Origin: Macrostomum lignano
Lineage: Eukaryota
Direction: 5' to 3'
Assembly (NCBI GenBank): GCA_002269645.1
Contig: NIVC01000163.1
Location: 1-64,000, forward strand
Length of the DNA: 64,000 nt
Part shown: positions 25,805 through 38,400 of the stretch, piece after piece
Numbering within the stretch: position 1 is the stretch's first letter
Layout: the number at the start of each line of letters is the position of its first letter
Position numbers and translations under genes: made by a program
Notes under the pieces: generated by a model
Told to the model about the DNA's origin: nothing
Database searches by the model: none
Seen by the model: only the letters and a program-made list of their open reading frames with translations

Positions 25805-26879
25805 TAATAGATTTTTGCTTTCAGTTTGAGCTTTGGAGTAGTTGACTTATTACAGAGTGGCAGGACGCTACACTCAAGACAACTGCTGCCCCGAGTCTAT
25901 GGCCAAAATGATGGCCGATTTCAGAAAACGAAAAGAAGCTCAATTTTAACTCAATTTTATGTCTATGGTTGAAACGCCTTCAGACCACAGACCACAATTT
26001 TAGGATCTGTGTTTTAAGACAGACTTGCTTTAAAGACGGCCCCTGCGTTCTTCCTGGACTTTAATTCACAGCTTTAATAAAGCTACAAGTGTCACAGCGA
26101 CTTGTCAAAACACTACACAAGACAGTAGGAAATATTTTCACAAATAAGCATCCATCTAAGTGTATGTCTATGGACGAAACCCTTGAAGAAGCGCTTGTGA
26201 TTTGTCGAATTCTGTTTGTCCTTGTCATTTGTAACTTGTCCGACTAGTGCTTTACGAAATGGGCCCTAGACACAAGAGGACTAAGCTAATGCTCCAAAGA
26301 TGAAGTCTTTGCTCACCAAGTGAAACTTTTGGGCCATAGACTCGGTGTAGCGTTCTGACACTCTGGATTAAGTCAACTGCTCTAAAGCTCAAAGTGACTT
26401 CAATTGCGCGCTTTAGCAGAGGCGAGCGCGCACCACAGTCACTGTAGAAGTCTGCGCAGTTTTAGAAGCATGACAGTAGCTCGATCGAATCCCAAAAATA
26501 ACGATCGGAAAAGTTTTATAATATGACACAGCATAGCTACTGGTATAAATGCCTGCATATATACACTAGATATTATGTCAATTGTACTTTTAGCTCGAGA
26601 ACGAGATAAGAGTCACTCTGCCTCGCGAGTTGTGCGCTCATCAAATTGTGGCATCTCTTGCTCTCGCCTCTACTATTCTTACTCCGTTGTACAGTCGGCT
26701 TCATGCGTATCGATGTAGCATCATTTTATCTTTTTTCTGACTCTCGTTTTGCCTCGCTCTGTTTCTATCTGGGCTGACTCACTCTGACCTTTTAGTATAG
26801 CGTGACTCCAGCTTAACCTCTCCTATATCCTCTCAACTGGCTTAATTCTTCTCTGACCTTCTCAGCACCTTATTCATTC

Positions 26880-27095
26880 ACGACCCCTTTTCTCTCTCTC
26901 TAACCCTCTACACACTCTCAATCTCTCCCTTGTCACCTAAAGTCTCCCATCTCATTCTCTCGCTACTTCTCTCTCCTCCCATTCTCTCTCCCCCACCCTC
27001 TCGCGCCTCGCCTTCTCTCCCCTCACTCTCTCCCCTCGACCTCTCTCCCTTCACCCTCTCTCTCCTCATCCTCTCTCTTCTTCCTATTAGCCTCC
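26880..27095. repeat. CT-rich low-complexity tract
   Basis: Polypyrimidine (ctct/ctcc) run. Confidence 0.85.
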
Positions 27096-28469
27096 ATTTC
27101 CACACACCAACTTGAATTTCGAGGCTCAGCCTCTTCCCTTAACGTATTGTCTCCTAAATTCGACAGCGAACAGTCAGACAGACAGACCAATCGGTGTCGG
27201 ATTGCACATGAGATCAATATAGATAAAAGCCCGGGCCAGATCCCGTCCTTCTTGCAGAGCAAGTCACTCTGTCGGAGCTATGAAAAGTGCACGCTGAATC
27301 TAACGATTAATCTCTTTCCTAGCTCGTGTTGGGAAAGCTCCAGAGATCTGAGCTCTTCTCCATCTCTCTCTTCCCGGTCTCTCCCAGTCTCTCGCCGTCA
27401 CAGCTTGCATTGGGTTGGTTTTTAAACAGATAAGTTCCACCAATCCCGAGGCTCGAATGATTGCTTGGGCCGGATCCTTCTCTCTGATGCAGCACGTATT
27501 TAATTTATTCATCCCTCAGCTGAGAGGATATCGCTTGATGGATGTGCAGAGACCTAGCCAAAAGGCGTGAATATATATCGCATTTTGCTCGTCTACCCAA
27601 TCCACCAATTTCAGTGAAAAGCGGAGATAACAACAGTAAAATTTCAATTGGCAGCATAGCAACAAGAAATCTTCTGCTTCTGTTCTGCATAGCCTCGGCG
27701 TACGGCGCTTGTTTTTTCGTTCAAGTTTAACTTTATTGAATAAATTTGCAGTGAGCTACTTTCGGTAGTAGTGTAGTTTGCTATTTACTATGAATTAAAA
27801 AAACTTTAATTCATTTAATTTTTGAATGGTCGCGGCTTGTTTTCCGTCTAACGTAATTTTTCCCAAGGTTTTTATTTTGCTTATTATCTGTACCCCAAAA
27901 AACAAAATATATGTACAATCCGATCTATACGTGTACATTGATCGTTCTCCGTACATGTACGTTGCCCAGTCTGGGGTGCAATTTAATTCTACCCCTATTC
28001 CTGAGAAAATGTACACGCGATTGGTTTGATCGATTTTTAGCTCGCCAACCCCGTTTTAAAACTCATTCTGTAATTGGCTGGGCGCCCCACCCCTCCTCCA
28101 AGATTTCACAACCTTCTTATTGTGTCAGTGTCCGCGTTCGTACACACAAGCATATTCTACGCGGAAAAAAAATGTTTTAGTTTTTAACTTTAATTAATGC
28201 TTTCTCAAAGCTGCTTTTAGTTAATCTTCGCGCTTGATTCCGTTTAGCAAAATTATATTTAATTTTAGTAACATTAAAATAAAATCAATTTAAATATAAG
28301 GCCAGATTTATGTGTTGTTGCAATGTTTAAAATACATCATCAACGTACTCAGCTGTGCGCAATCGATTAATGTCAATCCTATACGGTTTATGCAATGAGC
28401 TGTTCACAAATATCGAGTTTATTTAAACGCCTGAAGGACTTTAACAGTTCTACACGGCGCACGCTTCTT

Positions 28470-28800
28470 CACATATCCACCCCAGAGACACATATATCTC
28501 CATCCCAGAGACACATCTCCACCCCAGAGACACATATATCTTCATCCCAGAGACACATCTCCACCCCAGAGGCGCATATCTCCACCCAGAGACTCATCCA
28601 CCCCAGAGACTCATCTCCACCCCAGACACATATCTCAACCCCAGAGGCACATATCTGCACCCAGACACAATCTCCACCCCAGAGACACATCTCCACCCCA
28701 GAGACACATCTCCACCCCAGAGACGCATCTCCACCCCAGAGACACATCTCCACCGCAGAGGCACATCTCCACCCCAGAGACACATCTCCACCCCAGACAC
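28470..28800. repeat. ~22-bp minisatellite (ATCTCCACCCCAGAGACAC)
   Basis: About 15 imperfect tandem copies downstream of stomatin. Confidence 0.9.
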
Positions 28801-29135
28801 ATTAAATATCATAACAGAGGTTAAATATCATACGAGCTTACACTACTCACGTGAGTAGAATGGAAATTTGTATTTGTATTTTACGTTTCAAAAATACGTG
28901 CAATATGAGCCCTAGAGACTGATTAATTACAAAGTTGATTCAGAACATAAAATTTTGTTTATTTGCAAGCAAGGAATCATGAATTACATGTGATTTTTGC
29001 ACAGATTCTAATCAAAATAGAAGTAGTAAAAATCGATTGCGAAATATTGAATCACAGAAAGTTTTTTAAGCATAACTTCAAGTTGAAGAAGTTTCAGCGC
29101 TTTTCGAGTTACGAGCTTGAACTCCGGGTGCTTAC

Positions 29136-32100
29136 TTAGCCAACCTTGGTTCTTCCGGCATTAAAGTGAGACAGAATTTCGATTGGTAGAGGAAAAATAA
29201 CAGTAGAATTTTTCTCAGCAGAAATTGTTGTCAGAGTTTGAAGATAGCGCAGCTGCAGCGCGGCCGGAGATTCGCTCATGATGTCGGCGGCTTCTTTCAG
29301 CGATCTGGAGGCCTTCATCTCACCGTCGGCTGCGATCACCTGGTGGGATAGAGGTCAGTGAGGCTGACTTGGTTTGAACACACTTTGGGATAGTATAAAT
29401 TATTCATACTAAATATGATCATCTGTCTCTCTTCTAGTGACGAAGAATGGGCCATCTGTCTGTCTGTTAGTGATGAAAAATGGCCATCGGTCAGTCTGGT
29501 AGTGATGAAGAATGACCACTTGTCTGTCTGTTAGTGATAAAGAATGACCACTTGTCTGTCTGTTAGTGATGAAGAATGGCCACTTGTCTGTCTGTTAGTG
29601 ATAAAGAATGACCACTTGTCTGTCTGTTAGTGATGAAAAATGACCACGTCTGTCTGTTAGTGATGAAGAATGACCACTTGTCTGTCTGTTAGTGATGAAG
29701 AATGACCACTTGTCTGTCTGTTAGTGATGAAGAATGACCACTTGTCTGTCTGTTAGTGATTAGGAATGACCATGAATCTTGCCTTATATTCGTGAATTAA
29801 CCTATGACGTAGTATGACGAAGGATGTACCCAATTCCTTTCGTACCACTTGACGTCGCACACTACTTACTTTAGCTTTAGCATCCCTGTTGGCTTCCGCC
29901 TCGGCAGCCATGGAACGCTGCAACTGTTGCGGTAGACGCACGTCTTTTCTGTAAATTTGCCAAAAACGTTATTTTTTAGGATGTGTTCAGGGTGGAACGG
30001 AATATTTAGAATATTGAGCATGCTCTGCACAAGCGATCCTTACACTTCCACGCGTTCGACTTTTACGCCCCATGGATCAGTTGCTTCATCTAGGATGCTC
30101 TGTAAGACGTTGATAATTTTCCGTCTATGGTTTCATGATCACGTGATAAGATCGACTTATCCACAGCCCAACGCCCGACAAAAGTGAAGTGTACGCAAGT
30201 GACACCAGCACTCATTTGCAGTCCAACAACACCCCACAAAAGTGAAGTGTACGCAAGTGACACTAACATTCATCTGCAGTCCAACAACACCCCACAAAAG
30301 TGAAGTGTACGCAAGTGACACTAACATTCATCTGCAGTCCAACAACACCCCACAAAAGTGAAGTGTACGCAAGTGACACCAGCACTCATCCGCGCAGTCC
30401 AACAACACCCCACAAAAGTCAAGTGTACGCAATGTGACACTAGCACTCATCTGCAGTTCAGCAACACCCCACAAAAGTCAAGTGTACGCAAGTGACACTA
30501 GCACTCATCCGCAGTCCAACAACACCCCACAAAAGTCAAGTGTACGCAAGTGACACCAGCACTCATCCGCGCAACCCAACAACACCCCACAAAAGTCAAG
30601 TAGAGCCCATATAATTGCATGACAAAGTTAAAAGACCTCACCGAAATGCTCTGACTCATGGCGTCCCTCTCGCTTAATATCTCACTAAGAGTTCTGGACC
30701 CCAGAACATTTCTTAACGTAGTCTGAGCCAGATATTTTGTCGACGAGTCAACATCTGACACGGCTGTCACTGATAAGATCGGATTAACAACTTTGTAGTA
30801 AACTACCGCGTCAACGGATACTGTCACTGAGTCTCTTGTTAGAATCTGGAATGCAATAAGTTTTTTCTTGTAATGAATTATTCTTAACTTTCTCCATTTA
30901 CATGTAAATAGTCTGCGCCGCTATATTACGGCGAATCCGTGATGCATCTAACTTTAAAAGTACATTTGGAACGATCAATATGCTTACCAGTGTGTTGTTC
31001 CAGATATAATAAGTTAATACAGCTGTTTTTGCTACCTCGAAAGGGAAGGGTAGCTTAGTAGTATCTAACTGCACATAACTTACATCTAAAACTAATTACA
31101 GATGCTGTAGCAAAAGATAACAGACAAATCGTGGAAACTTACCGCCTGAGGCGGCACATCAAACATCAAAGTCCTCAGGTCCACAATTCGTATTTGATCA
31201 ACGCAGGGCACAATCAGAAACAGGCCGGGACCCTTGGCCCTGCCGGACACAATTCGGCCAAGACGGAAGATCACCGCCCTCTCGTACTCCTTGATGATCT
31301 GGAAGGTAATCATTCATATCCAGGTCAAAGGCCTAATTTGTTAAAAAATCTCCTCACGACTGTCCATGATTAAATCGGTGCTTGACTAATACTGTCAACG
31401 AACGGACAAGTGCAGGACCAATAAGGTCTTGATCTAATGACCTAAACAGACCATGACTCAACCAGTTCATGCATCAACCATGTATTCCATGACTCAGCCA
31501 GTCCATCCATGACTCAACCAGTCCATCCATGATTCAACCAGTCTATGACTCAACCAGTCCATGACTCAACCAGTCCATCACTCAATCAGTCCATGACTCA
31601 ACCAGTCCATGACTCAACCAGTCCATTATCTCGTACTCAACCAGTCTATTATCTCGTACTCAACCAGTCTATTATCTCGTACTCAACCAGTCTATTATCT
31701 CGTACTCAACCAGTCCATTATCTCGTACTCAACCAGTCCATTATCTCGTACTCAACCAGTCCATTATCTCGTACTCAGCCAGTCCATTATTAAACCATGC
31801 AGTCCATGACTCAACCAGTTAATGGCTCAACCAGTCCATGACTAAGCCAGTCCATGACTCAGCCAGACCATGACTCAGCCAGTCCATGACTCAGCCAGTC
31901 CATGACTCAGCCAGTTCATGACTCAGCCAGTCCATGACTCAGCCAGTCCATGACTCAGCCAGTCCATGACTCAGCCAGTCCATGACTCAACCAGTCCATA
32001 ACTCAACCAGTCCATGACTCAGCCCAGTCCATGACTTAACCAGTCCATGACTAAGCCCAGTCCATGACTCAACCAGTCCATGACTCCACCAGTCCATGAC

Positions 32101-32444
32101 TCAACCAGTCCATGACCAGTTACGATCACGTGACCAAAACTGTCGATAACGGAAAATTCTCACAAGTCGCCGATTTAGCAAAGTCTGTAAAACAATACTA
32201 CAATGCCTGTTTTCCTTACTTTAATGAACACAAGCATAGACAGTGGCAGGGTTAGCAGTGTCAGAAGTACAGCCAGCGCTACTAGCAGGTAGCCGCAGCA
32301 TCCCAAGCCTGAACTGGCCGGCCTGAGCTCTGAATCCTTCGAATACTGCTGCCCCTGGTTGCTGGCCCGCGGCTCCGGGCTGACTCGATTTGGTTCAATA
32401 AGATTGCTGCGCATTTCTACAGTAACGCCGCTGGCACTGCTCAT
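29136..32444 (-). CDS. STOM: Stomatin/band-7 (MEC-2-like) protein, 307 aa; exons 32444-32220, 31298-31143, 30845-30642, 30099-30044, 29948-29870, 29339-29136
   Basis: GCCG + hydrophobic hairpin; [12 protein letters not shown]; VDLRT..DVPPQ; [17 protein letters not shown]; [11 protein letters not shown]; [16 protein letters not shown]; AAEAEA; [10 protein letters not shown]; FPLP. All junctions are GT-AG and in frame. Confidence 0.95.
29420..29775. repeat. 32-bp minisatellite in stomatin intron 5
   Basis: TGTCTGTCTGTTAGTGATGAAGAATGACCACT, about 10 copies. Confidence 0.92.
30170..30600. repeat. ~59-bp minisatellite in stomatin intron 3
   Basis: CCAACAACACCCCACAAAAGTGAAGTGTACGCAAGTGACAC..., about 7 copies. 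Confidence 0.92.
31450..32120. repeat. 16-20-bp minisatellite in stomatin intron 1
   Basis: CAGTCCATGACTCAAC/GC units with an internal block of ATTATCTCGTACTCAACCAGT variants. Confidence 0.9.
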
Positions 32445-33171
32445 TACAGTTTTTACCTGTGGAATCTTGTAATATTATTTGGTCGCATAGAAATCTCTTA
32501 TATACCCAAATAATCTGTAGCTCTATAGCTTTAGCCAATGACCAACTTTATATTAATTTAATTTAGCACCGAGACTGATTAGATAAGAGAAGAGAGAGAA
32601 AATTAAAAATATAGTACAGAACGCAAAAGCTACACTCAGTGTCTACCTGGTACGTACACAGCTCTTTATTTGTCATGGCGATAGCAGTCAAAGACCACTT
32701 ATCGACTGATATTAATATTAGCTCAGCTGATTGATTAAATTACAGTAACCTGTCGTCACTAATTGTTAGACATTAATTCACTAATTAGGATCGCCCCAGT
32801 TTATGAGAGCAAGGAATGCATTTAGTTAATATTATCGACTCGTATTAGTCATTGCATACATAAAAGTGTAAGGATTATATATTGTACATGTACAAGTACA
32901 GGTGCATCCAAGCGGTTTATGTACATGCGCATAAATATCAATACACGAGTTTTATATTGCACTATCATAGTTACTGTACTAATATTATTATCAGAGTATT
33001 AGAGTGTACACTAATCATAAAAATTACACAGAAAATATAGAATAGTGTCTAAATTACAATGGAAAACAAATATCAGGAGTTCTGTATTAGTATTTGATAT
33101 CGCACTCAATTATAACGATAATATCATTGCGCTGATTTAATACATGTACTACGGTATTTAGTAAATTGGAA

Positions 33172-33396
33172 TCAGTAGCAGCCTCTGCAATTGCCTGTGC
33201 AATAGTCTCTGCAAGCGCACGAGCAATTGTTGTTGCAGCAATCGCTATGGAACACGCAGAATCCTCCAGTTAGCTGGCAATCGTCAGTAGAAATTGGCAG
33301 GTGCGAACAGGCGGACACGGAATGGTAGTAGTATGTGGCGCACATTGCCAGTGCGATGACTGTGCTATAGAACTGCACCAGGCGCTGTGGATTCAT
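33172..33396 (-). CDS. Small secreted cysteine-rich, knottin(ICK)-like peptide, 74 aa
   Basis: MNPQRLVQFYSTVIALAMCATYYYHSVSA (signal-like) + CSHLPISTDDCQLTGGFCVFHSDCCNNNCSCACRDYCTGNCRGCY*. Contains C-x6-C-x5-CC-x3-C. A splice acceptor (ctctacag) lies ~50 nt upstream. Confidence 0.7.
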   Translation of the reverse strand: MNPQRLVQFYSTVIALAMCATYYYHSVSACSHLPISTDDCQLTGGFCVFHSDCCNNNCSCACRDYCTGNCRGCY

Positions 33397-34177
33397 GACT
33401 TTGCGAAATCCGAACTTGCCAAGCAGCCGCACATTGGGATCTGTAGAGTAACAATTTCACGAAAGCAATATAACGTAACGCGTGTGTTTTCCCACTATTT
33501 TGCGGACCGCACGACCCACGGAATCGTCGATATGTGATCGCGGTAGTCTATGGCATTACCAGTAATTATTGGCGTAGAAAAATATAAATTTAACAAACAG
33601 TACGCTATTCAACATAACAAAAGTGCTTTTATAAACAATAAGTCATTAGCAGAATATTTCATTAAATGTAGAAGCTGTGTCGTACAAGCAAACTGTATTT
33701 CTCACCACACGGCTTCGATCCGTGTTAGTTGATGTGCAGCCACAGCCGACTAAAGGTGGTAAGGTGGTTGGTTGCTATGGTAAATGTCGACTTTGACGAC
33801 TGTTCAACCTGTTTGATGTTGTCTCGTTCTTGTAAATCTTGTTCCGGATTCCGTACTTCCGCCAAAAAAGTTTCCACGTCATTGAGGTCCAGGATATATA
33901 TTGGCAATCACAACCACTGATCATCGACGACAGACGTATTCGCGCTCAGTTTGGATTATTAATTCCAATTCCGCTAGTTTCATTTATGGTCAATCCTTAC
34001 ATAGTGGCGCCCTCGGATCGAAATAATGAGACATGACAGATTTTGCAGACCTCGGATTTCACTTATTCCAGCCCTCAAATCCATAGCCATAAACAGTTAT
34101 GGTCAATTTTAGCGGATTGCCATGATGCAAGACAATACAAGATATATATAGATAGATAGATGAAAATATGTAAAGAA

Positions 34178-34361
34178 GGCCGTAGCCTAGTGGTCTAGCG
34201 CTGCGCTCTGATGTGCCAGCGGCCCAGGCTCGATTCCAAGTGCAGTCACATTAATTTGGGGCTACATTGGAATCTCGGCTTGGCTCTGCTCGTGCAATTA
34301 ATGCCCTTAAGGGCCAACCCCCACGGCACAGTGAAGTGTACATGCCTAACGATAAATAAAG
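34178..34361 (+). mobile_element. tRNA-derived SINE, family B copy 1
   Basis: A box TAGCCTAGTGG, B-box-like GGCTCGATTCC, body shared with 39241-39416, ends AACGATAAATAAAG. Confidence 0.75.
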
Positions 34362-34954
34362 TTTGGGCTGCTGTACACTACGGTGAGTGTGTGCCTGCGC
34401 GTATGACTGCGTACGTATCCGCGCGCTTGTGTGCCTGCTCTCTGGGGAGTCGGCGGAATGGGCAGTAATGCCTCTCGCCGGTTGTGTGACAATGTCGCTT
34501 AAAGTGCACCAGGGTGCACAGCCCCTGCCCCTAGCTAAACAGATGGATTGACAGATTAGAGACAAAAAGTACTAAACAAACGCTTGAAATATGCTCATAT
34601 TTTGCTTAAACAAATCAAAATGATCAATCTAACGATATCATCTCACAATGTATTACATAGTGATAGTGGCACAAACAAATTAACGGCAGATATAATGGCT
34701 AATGATTAAATATTTTGTGTTTCATTTAAATACTGAATGAATTCTCCAACTTCAAAGCAAGTAAAACTTTTGCTATAAAAGAAACCAAAAATTGATTAAA
34801 AATCGGTATCAACACACAGCTATAAACAAAAATTATTTTATAAGTAAATTATTGTAGTTAACACGTTGACGAATAGCATAGGCAATACAGACTAGTGTAA
34901 TAAATCTGGATTTCTTAAGAGCACCTAGAGTATGTAAGCACAGTTGCGTGTGTA

Positions 34955-35420
34955 TTCATGCCACTCACTGTGGCGTCCGTCTAACATCCACTATGGCGCC
35001 AGCTCTCTATATTATAGAGGCGTCTCTCTATAACACTAACTGTGGAGCCTCTCTAACACCCACTGTGGCGCCTCTCTATAACACTAACTGTGGCGCCTCT
35101 CTAACACCCACTGTGGCGCCTCTCTATAACACTAACTGTGGCGCCTCTCTAACACCCACTGTGGCGCCTCTCTAACACTCAATGTGGCGCCCCTCTAACA
35201 CTCAATGTGGCGCCCTTCCAACAACCACTGTGGCGCCTCTCTGTAACACCCACTGTGGCGCCTCTCTAACACTCAATGTGGCGCCCCTCTAACACTCAAT
35301 GTGGCGCCCTTCCAACAACCACTGTGGTGCCTCTCTGTAACACCCACTGTGGCGCCTCTCTAACACTCAATGTGGCGCGTCTCTAACACCCACTGTGGCG
35401 TATCTCTAACATCCACTATT
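34955..35420. repeat. ~22-32-bp minisatellite (ACTGTGGCGCCTCTCTAACACCC)
   Basis: About 17 imperfect copies immediately 3' of the FPGT stop. Confidence 0.9.
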
Positions 35421-35449
35421 CAATGGTTAGTAAAAGGCACATCAGGTCT

Positions 35450-38400
35450 TCAGAAAGTCATCCTGAACTCTATCAGAGCTCTGATGTCCTTCTCCATGGC
35501 AATATCAGCCATGCTCACCAGTCTTCTCTCTTCGGGCTTTTCAGCCAGCCAGTCAGCCAGTCTCCAAGACTCGCCGCTCCATCTCAACAACTTAAGCGTT
35601 GTCAACAAAGACTGGTCGCGCTGTCCATGACCGCCAACCGCTGCAGTCCAAGTCCTGTCGCAGGGGAACAGTCTAGCAGTCCACAGGCTGCCACTGCCAG
35701 ACCACTCCGCCTCGTCCAATGGCAGGCCGTGCCGATGAAAGAATTCCACCAACGGTCTGCCCAGAAATTTGGCTTCGGATAAGCTTCGCTGCTTTGGATT
35801 GTCGTCCGAGTGCCAGGCCCACGTGACTTGGCCGGCTCCAGCTAGTAGCGGCACGGTCTGCAGCACCCAGCCATCCGGGATGACCAGTTCAGCTTCCGGC
35901 TCGCGGCATCGGCAATGACTCAACAAGCAGCCCGACCCGATGCGGCAGGAGCGAGCGGAGATTTCGCAGAATTCCAATGCGGAACCGGTTCCGTTGGATG
36001 AGATTTCCAAGCCGTTGGCTATGTTGATGCGAGAGTTGGTGACAAGGATAGGGCTGAAATAGAAAATTAAATGCTTTGCTCTATAGAGATTAGATTAATT
36101 ATTCCCTAATCTTATAGATATTAGACTGATTGTTTCCTAAATCTCAAACGGATTAAATTGATTATTCCCTAAATCTCACCCAGAATAAAGATGGAGATAA
36201 GATCTGATATTGTATTCAGAATAATATCTAGAAATGAGACAATATCATAAATCTTACCCACTGTCAGGTGCAGCGGCGGTGCTGAAGCACCTGGCTAATT
36301 CGATAGGCTGAAACAGGTTATTCAAGTATTCTTTAGTGCTGCCAATGTGGACCAGTGCGGATCGTTCAATGCGGCACAGTTTGAGTTGTCTTCCTTTGAG
36401 CAGCTCAAACAGGCTCGTGCGCAGCTGGGCGAGACGAGCAGCTGTCGATGGACTGGGAGGCCGGGTCAGGTTTCGAATCTCGTTGACGTAGTCATCGAGA
36501 TGGGCGTCTCTGGGAGAGTGGGCGAGAAACCAATGCAGAACATGTTCAGTGGGTGCTCTGATCCTTCAGTGGGTGCTCTGATTCTTCAGTGGGTGCTCTG
36601 ATCCTTCAGTGGGTGCTCTGATCCTTCAGTGGGTGCTCTGATCCTTCAGTGGGTGCTCTGATCCTTCAGGTGGTGCTCTGATCCTTCAGTGGGTGCTCTG
36701 ATTCTTCAGTGGGTGCTCTGATCTTTCAGTGGGTGCTCTGATCCTTCAGGTGGTGCTCTGATCCTTCAGTGGGTGCTCTGATCCTTCAGTGGGTGCTCTG
36801 ATTCTTCAGTGGGTGCTCTGATCCTTCAGGTGGTGCTCTGATCCTTCAGTGGGTGCTCTGATTCTTCAGTGGGTGCTCTGATTCTTCAGTGGGTGCTCTG
36901 ATTCTTCAGTGGGTGCTCTGATCCTTCAGGTGGTGCTCTGATCCTTCAGTGGGTGCTCTGATTCTTCAGTGGGTGCTCTGATTCTTCAGTGAGTGCTCTG
37001 ATCCTTCAGTGGGTGCTCTGATCCTTCAGTGGGTGCTCTGATTCTTCAGGTGGTGCTCTGATCCTTCAGTGGGTGCTCTGATCCTTCAGTGGGTGCTCTG
37101 ATCCTTCAGGTGGTGCTCTGATCCTTCAGTGGGTGCTCTGATCCTTCAGTGGGTGCTCTGATTCTTCAGTGAGTGCTCTGATCCTTCAGTGGGTGCTCTG
37201 ATCCTTCAGTGGGTGCTCTGATTCTTCAGGTGGTGCTCTGATCCTTCAGTGGGTGCTCTGATCCTTCAGTGGGTGCTCTGATCCTTCAGGTGGTGCTCTG
37301 ATCCTTCAGGTGGTGCTCTGATCCTTCAGTGGGTGCTCTGATCCTTCACTGGGTGCTCTGATCCTTCAGTGAGTGCTCTGATCCTTCAGTGGGTGCTCTG
37401 ATCCTTCAGTGGGTGCTCTGATCCTTCAGTGGGTGCTCTGATCCTTCAGTGGGTGCTCTGATCCTTCAGTGGGTGCTCTGATCCTTCAGTGGGTGCTCTG
37501 ATTCTTCAGTGGGTGCTCTGATTCTTCAGTGGGTGCTCTGATTCTTCAGTGGGTGCTCTGATTCTTCAGTGGGTGCTCTGATCCTTCAGTGGGTGCTCTG
37601 ATTCTTCAGTGGGTGCTCTGATCCTTCAGGTGGTGCTCTGATCCTTCAGTGGGTGCTCTGATTCTTCAGTGGGTGCTCTGATTCTTCAGTGGGTGCTCTG
37701 ATTCTTCAGTGGGTGCTCTGATCCTTCAGGTGGTGCTCTGATCCTTCAGTGGGTGCTCTGATTCTTCAGTGGGTGCTCTGATTCTTCAGTGAGTGCTCTG
37801 ATCCTTCAGTGGGTGCTCTGATCCTTCAGTGGGTGCTCTGATTCTTCAGGTGGTGCTCTGATCCTTCAGTGGGTGCTCTGATCCTTCAGTGGGTGCTCTG
37901 ATCCTTCAGGTGGTGCTCTGATCCTTCAGTGGGTGCTCTGATTCTTCAGTGGGTGCTCTGATTCTTCAGTGAGTGCTCTGATCCTTCAGTGGGTGCTCTG
38001 ATCCTTCAGTGGGTGCTCTGATTCTTCAGGTGGTGCTCTGATCCTTCAGTGGGTGCTCTGATCCTTCAGTGGGTGCTCTGATCCTTCAGGTGGTGCTCTG
38101 ATCCTTCAGGTGGTGCTCTGATCCTTCAGTGGGTGCTCTGATCCTTCACTGGGTGCTCTGATCCTTCAGTGAGTGCTCTGATCCTTCAGTGGGTGCTCTG
38201 ATCCTTCAGTGGGTGCTCTGATCCTTCAGTGGGTGCTCTGATCCTTCAGTGGGTGCTCTGATCCTTCAGTGGGTGCTCTGATCCTTCAGTGGGTGCTCTG
38301 ATTCTTCAGTGGGTGCTCTGATTCTTCAGTGGGTGCTCTGATTCTTCAGTGGGTGCTCTGATTCTTCAGTGGGTGCTCTGATCCTTCAGTGGGTGCTCTG

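Noticed and set aside
33725-33907. Short ORF MPIYILDLNDVETFLAEVRNPEQDLQ...
   Set aside because: TTG start right after a stop, no recognisable domain, and no consistent splice partner found.
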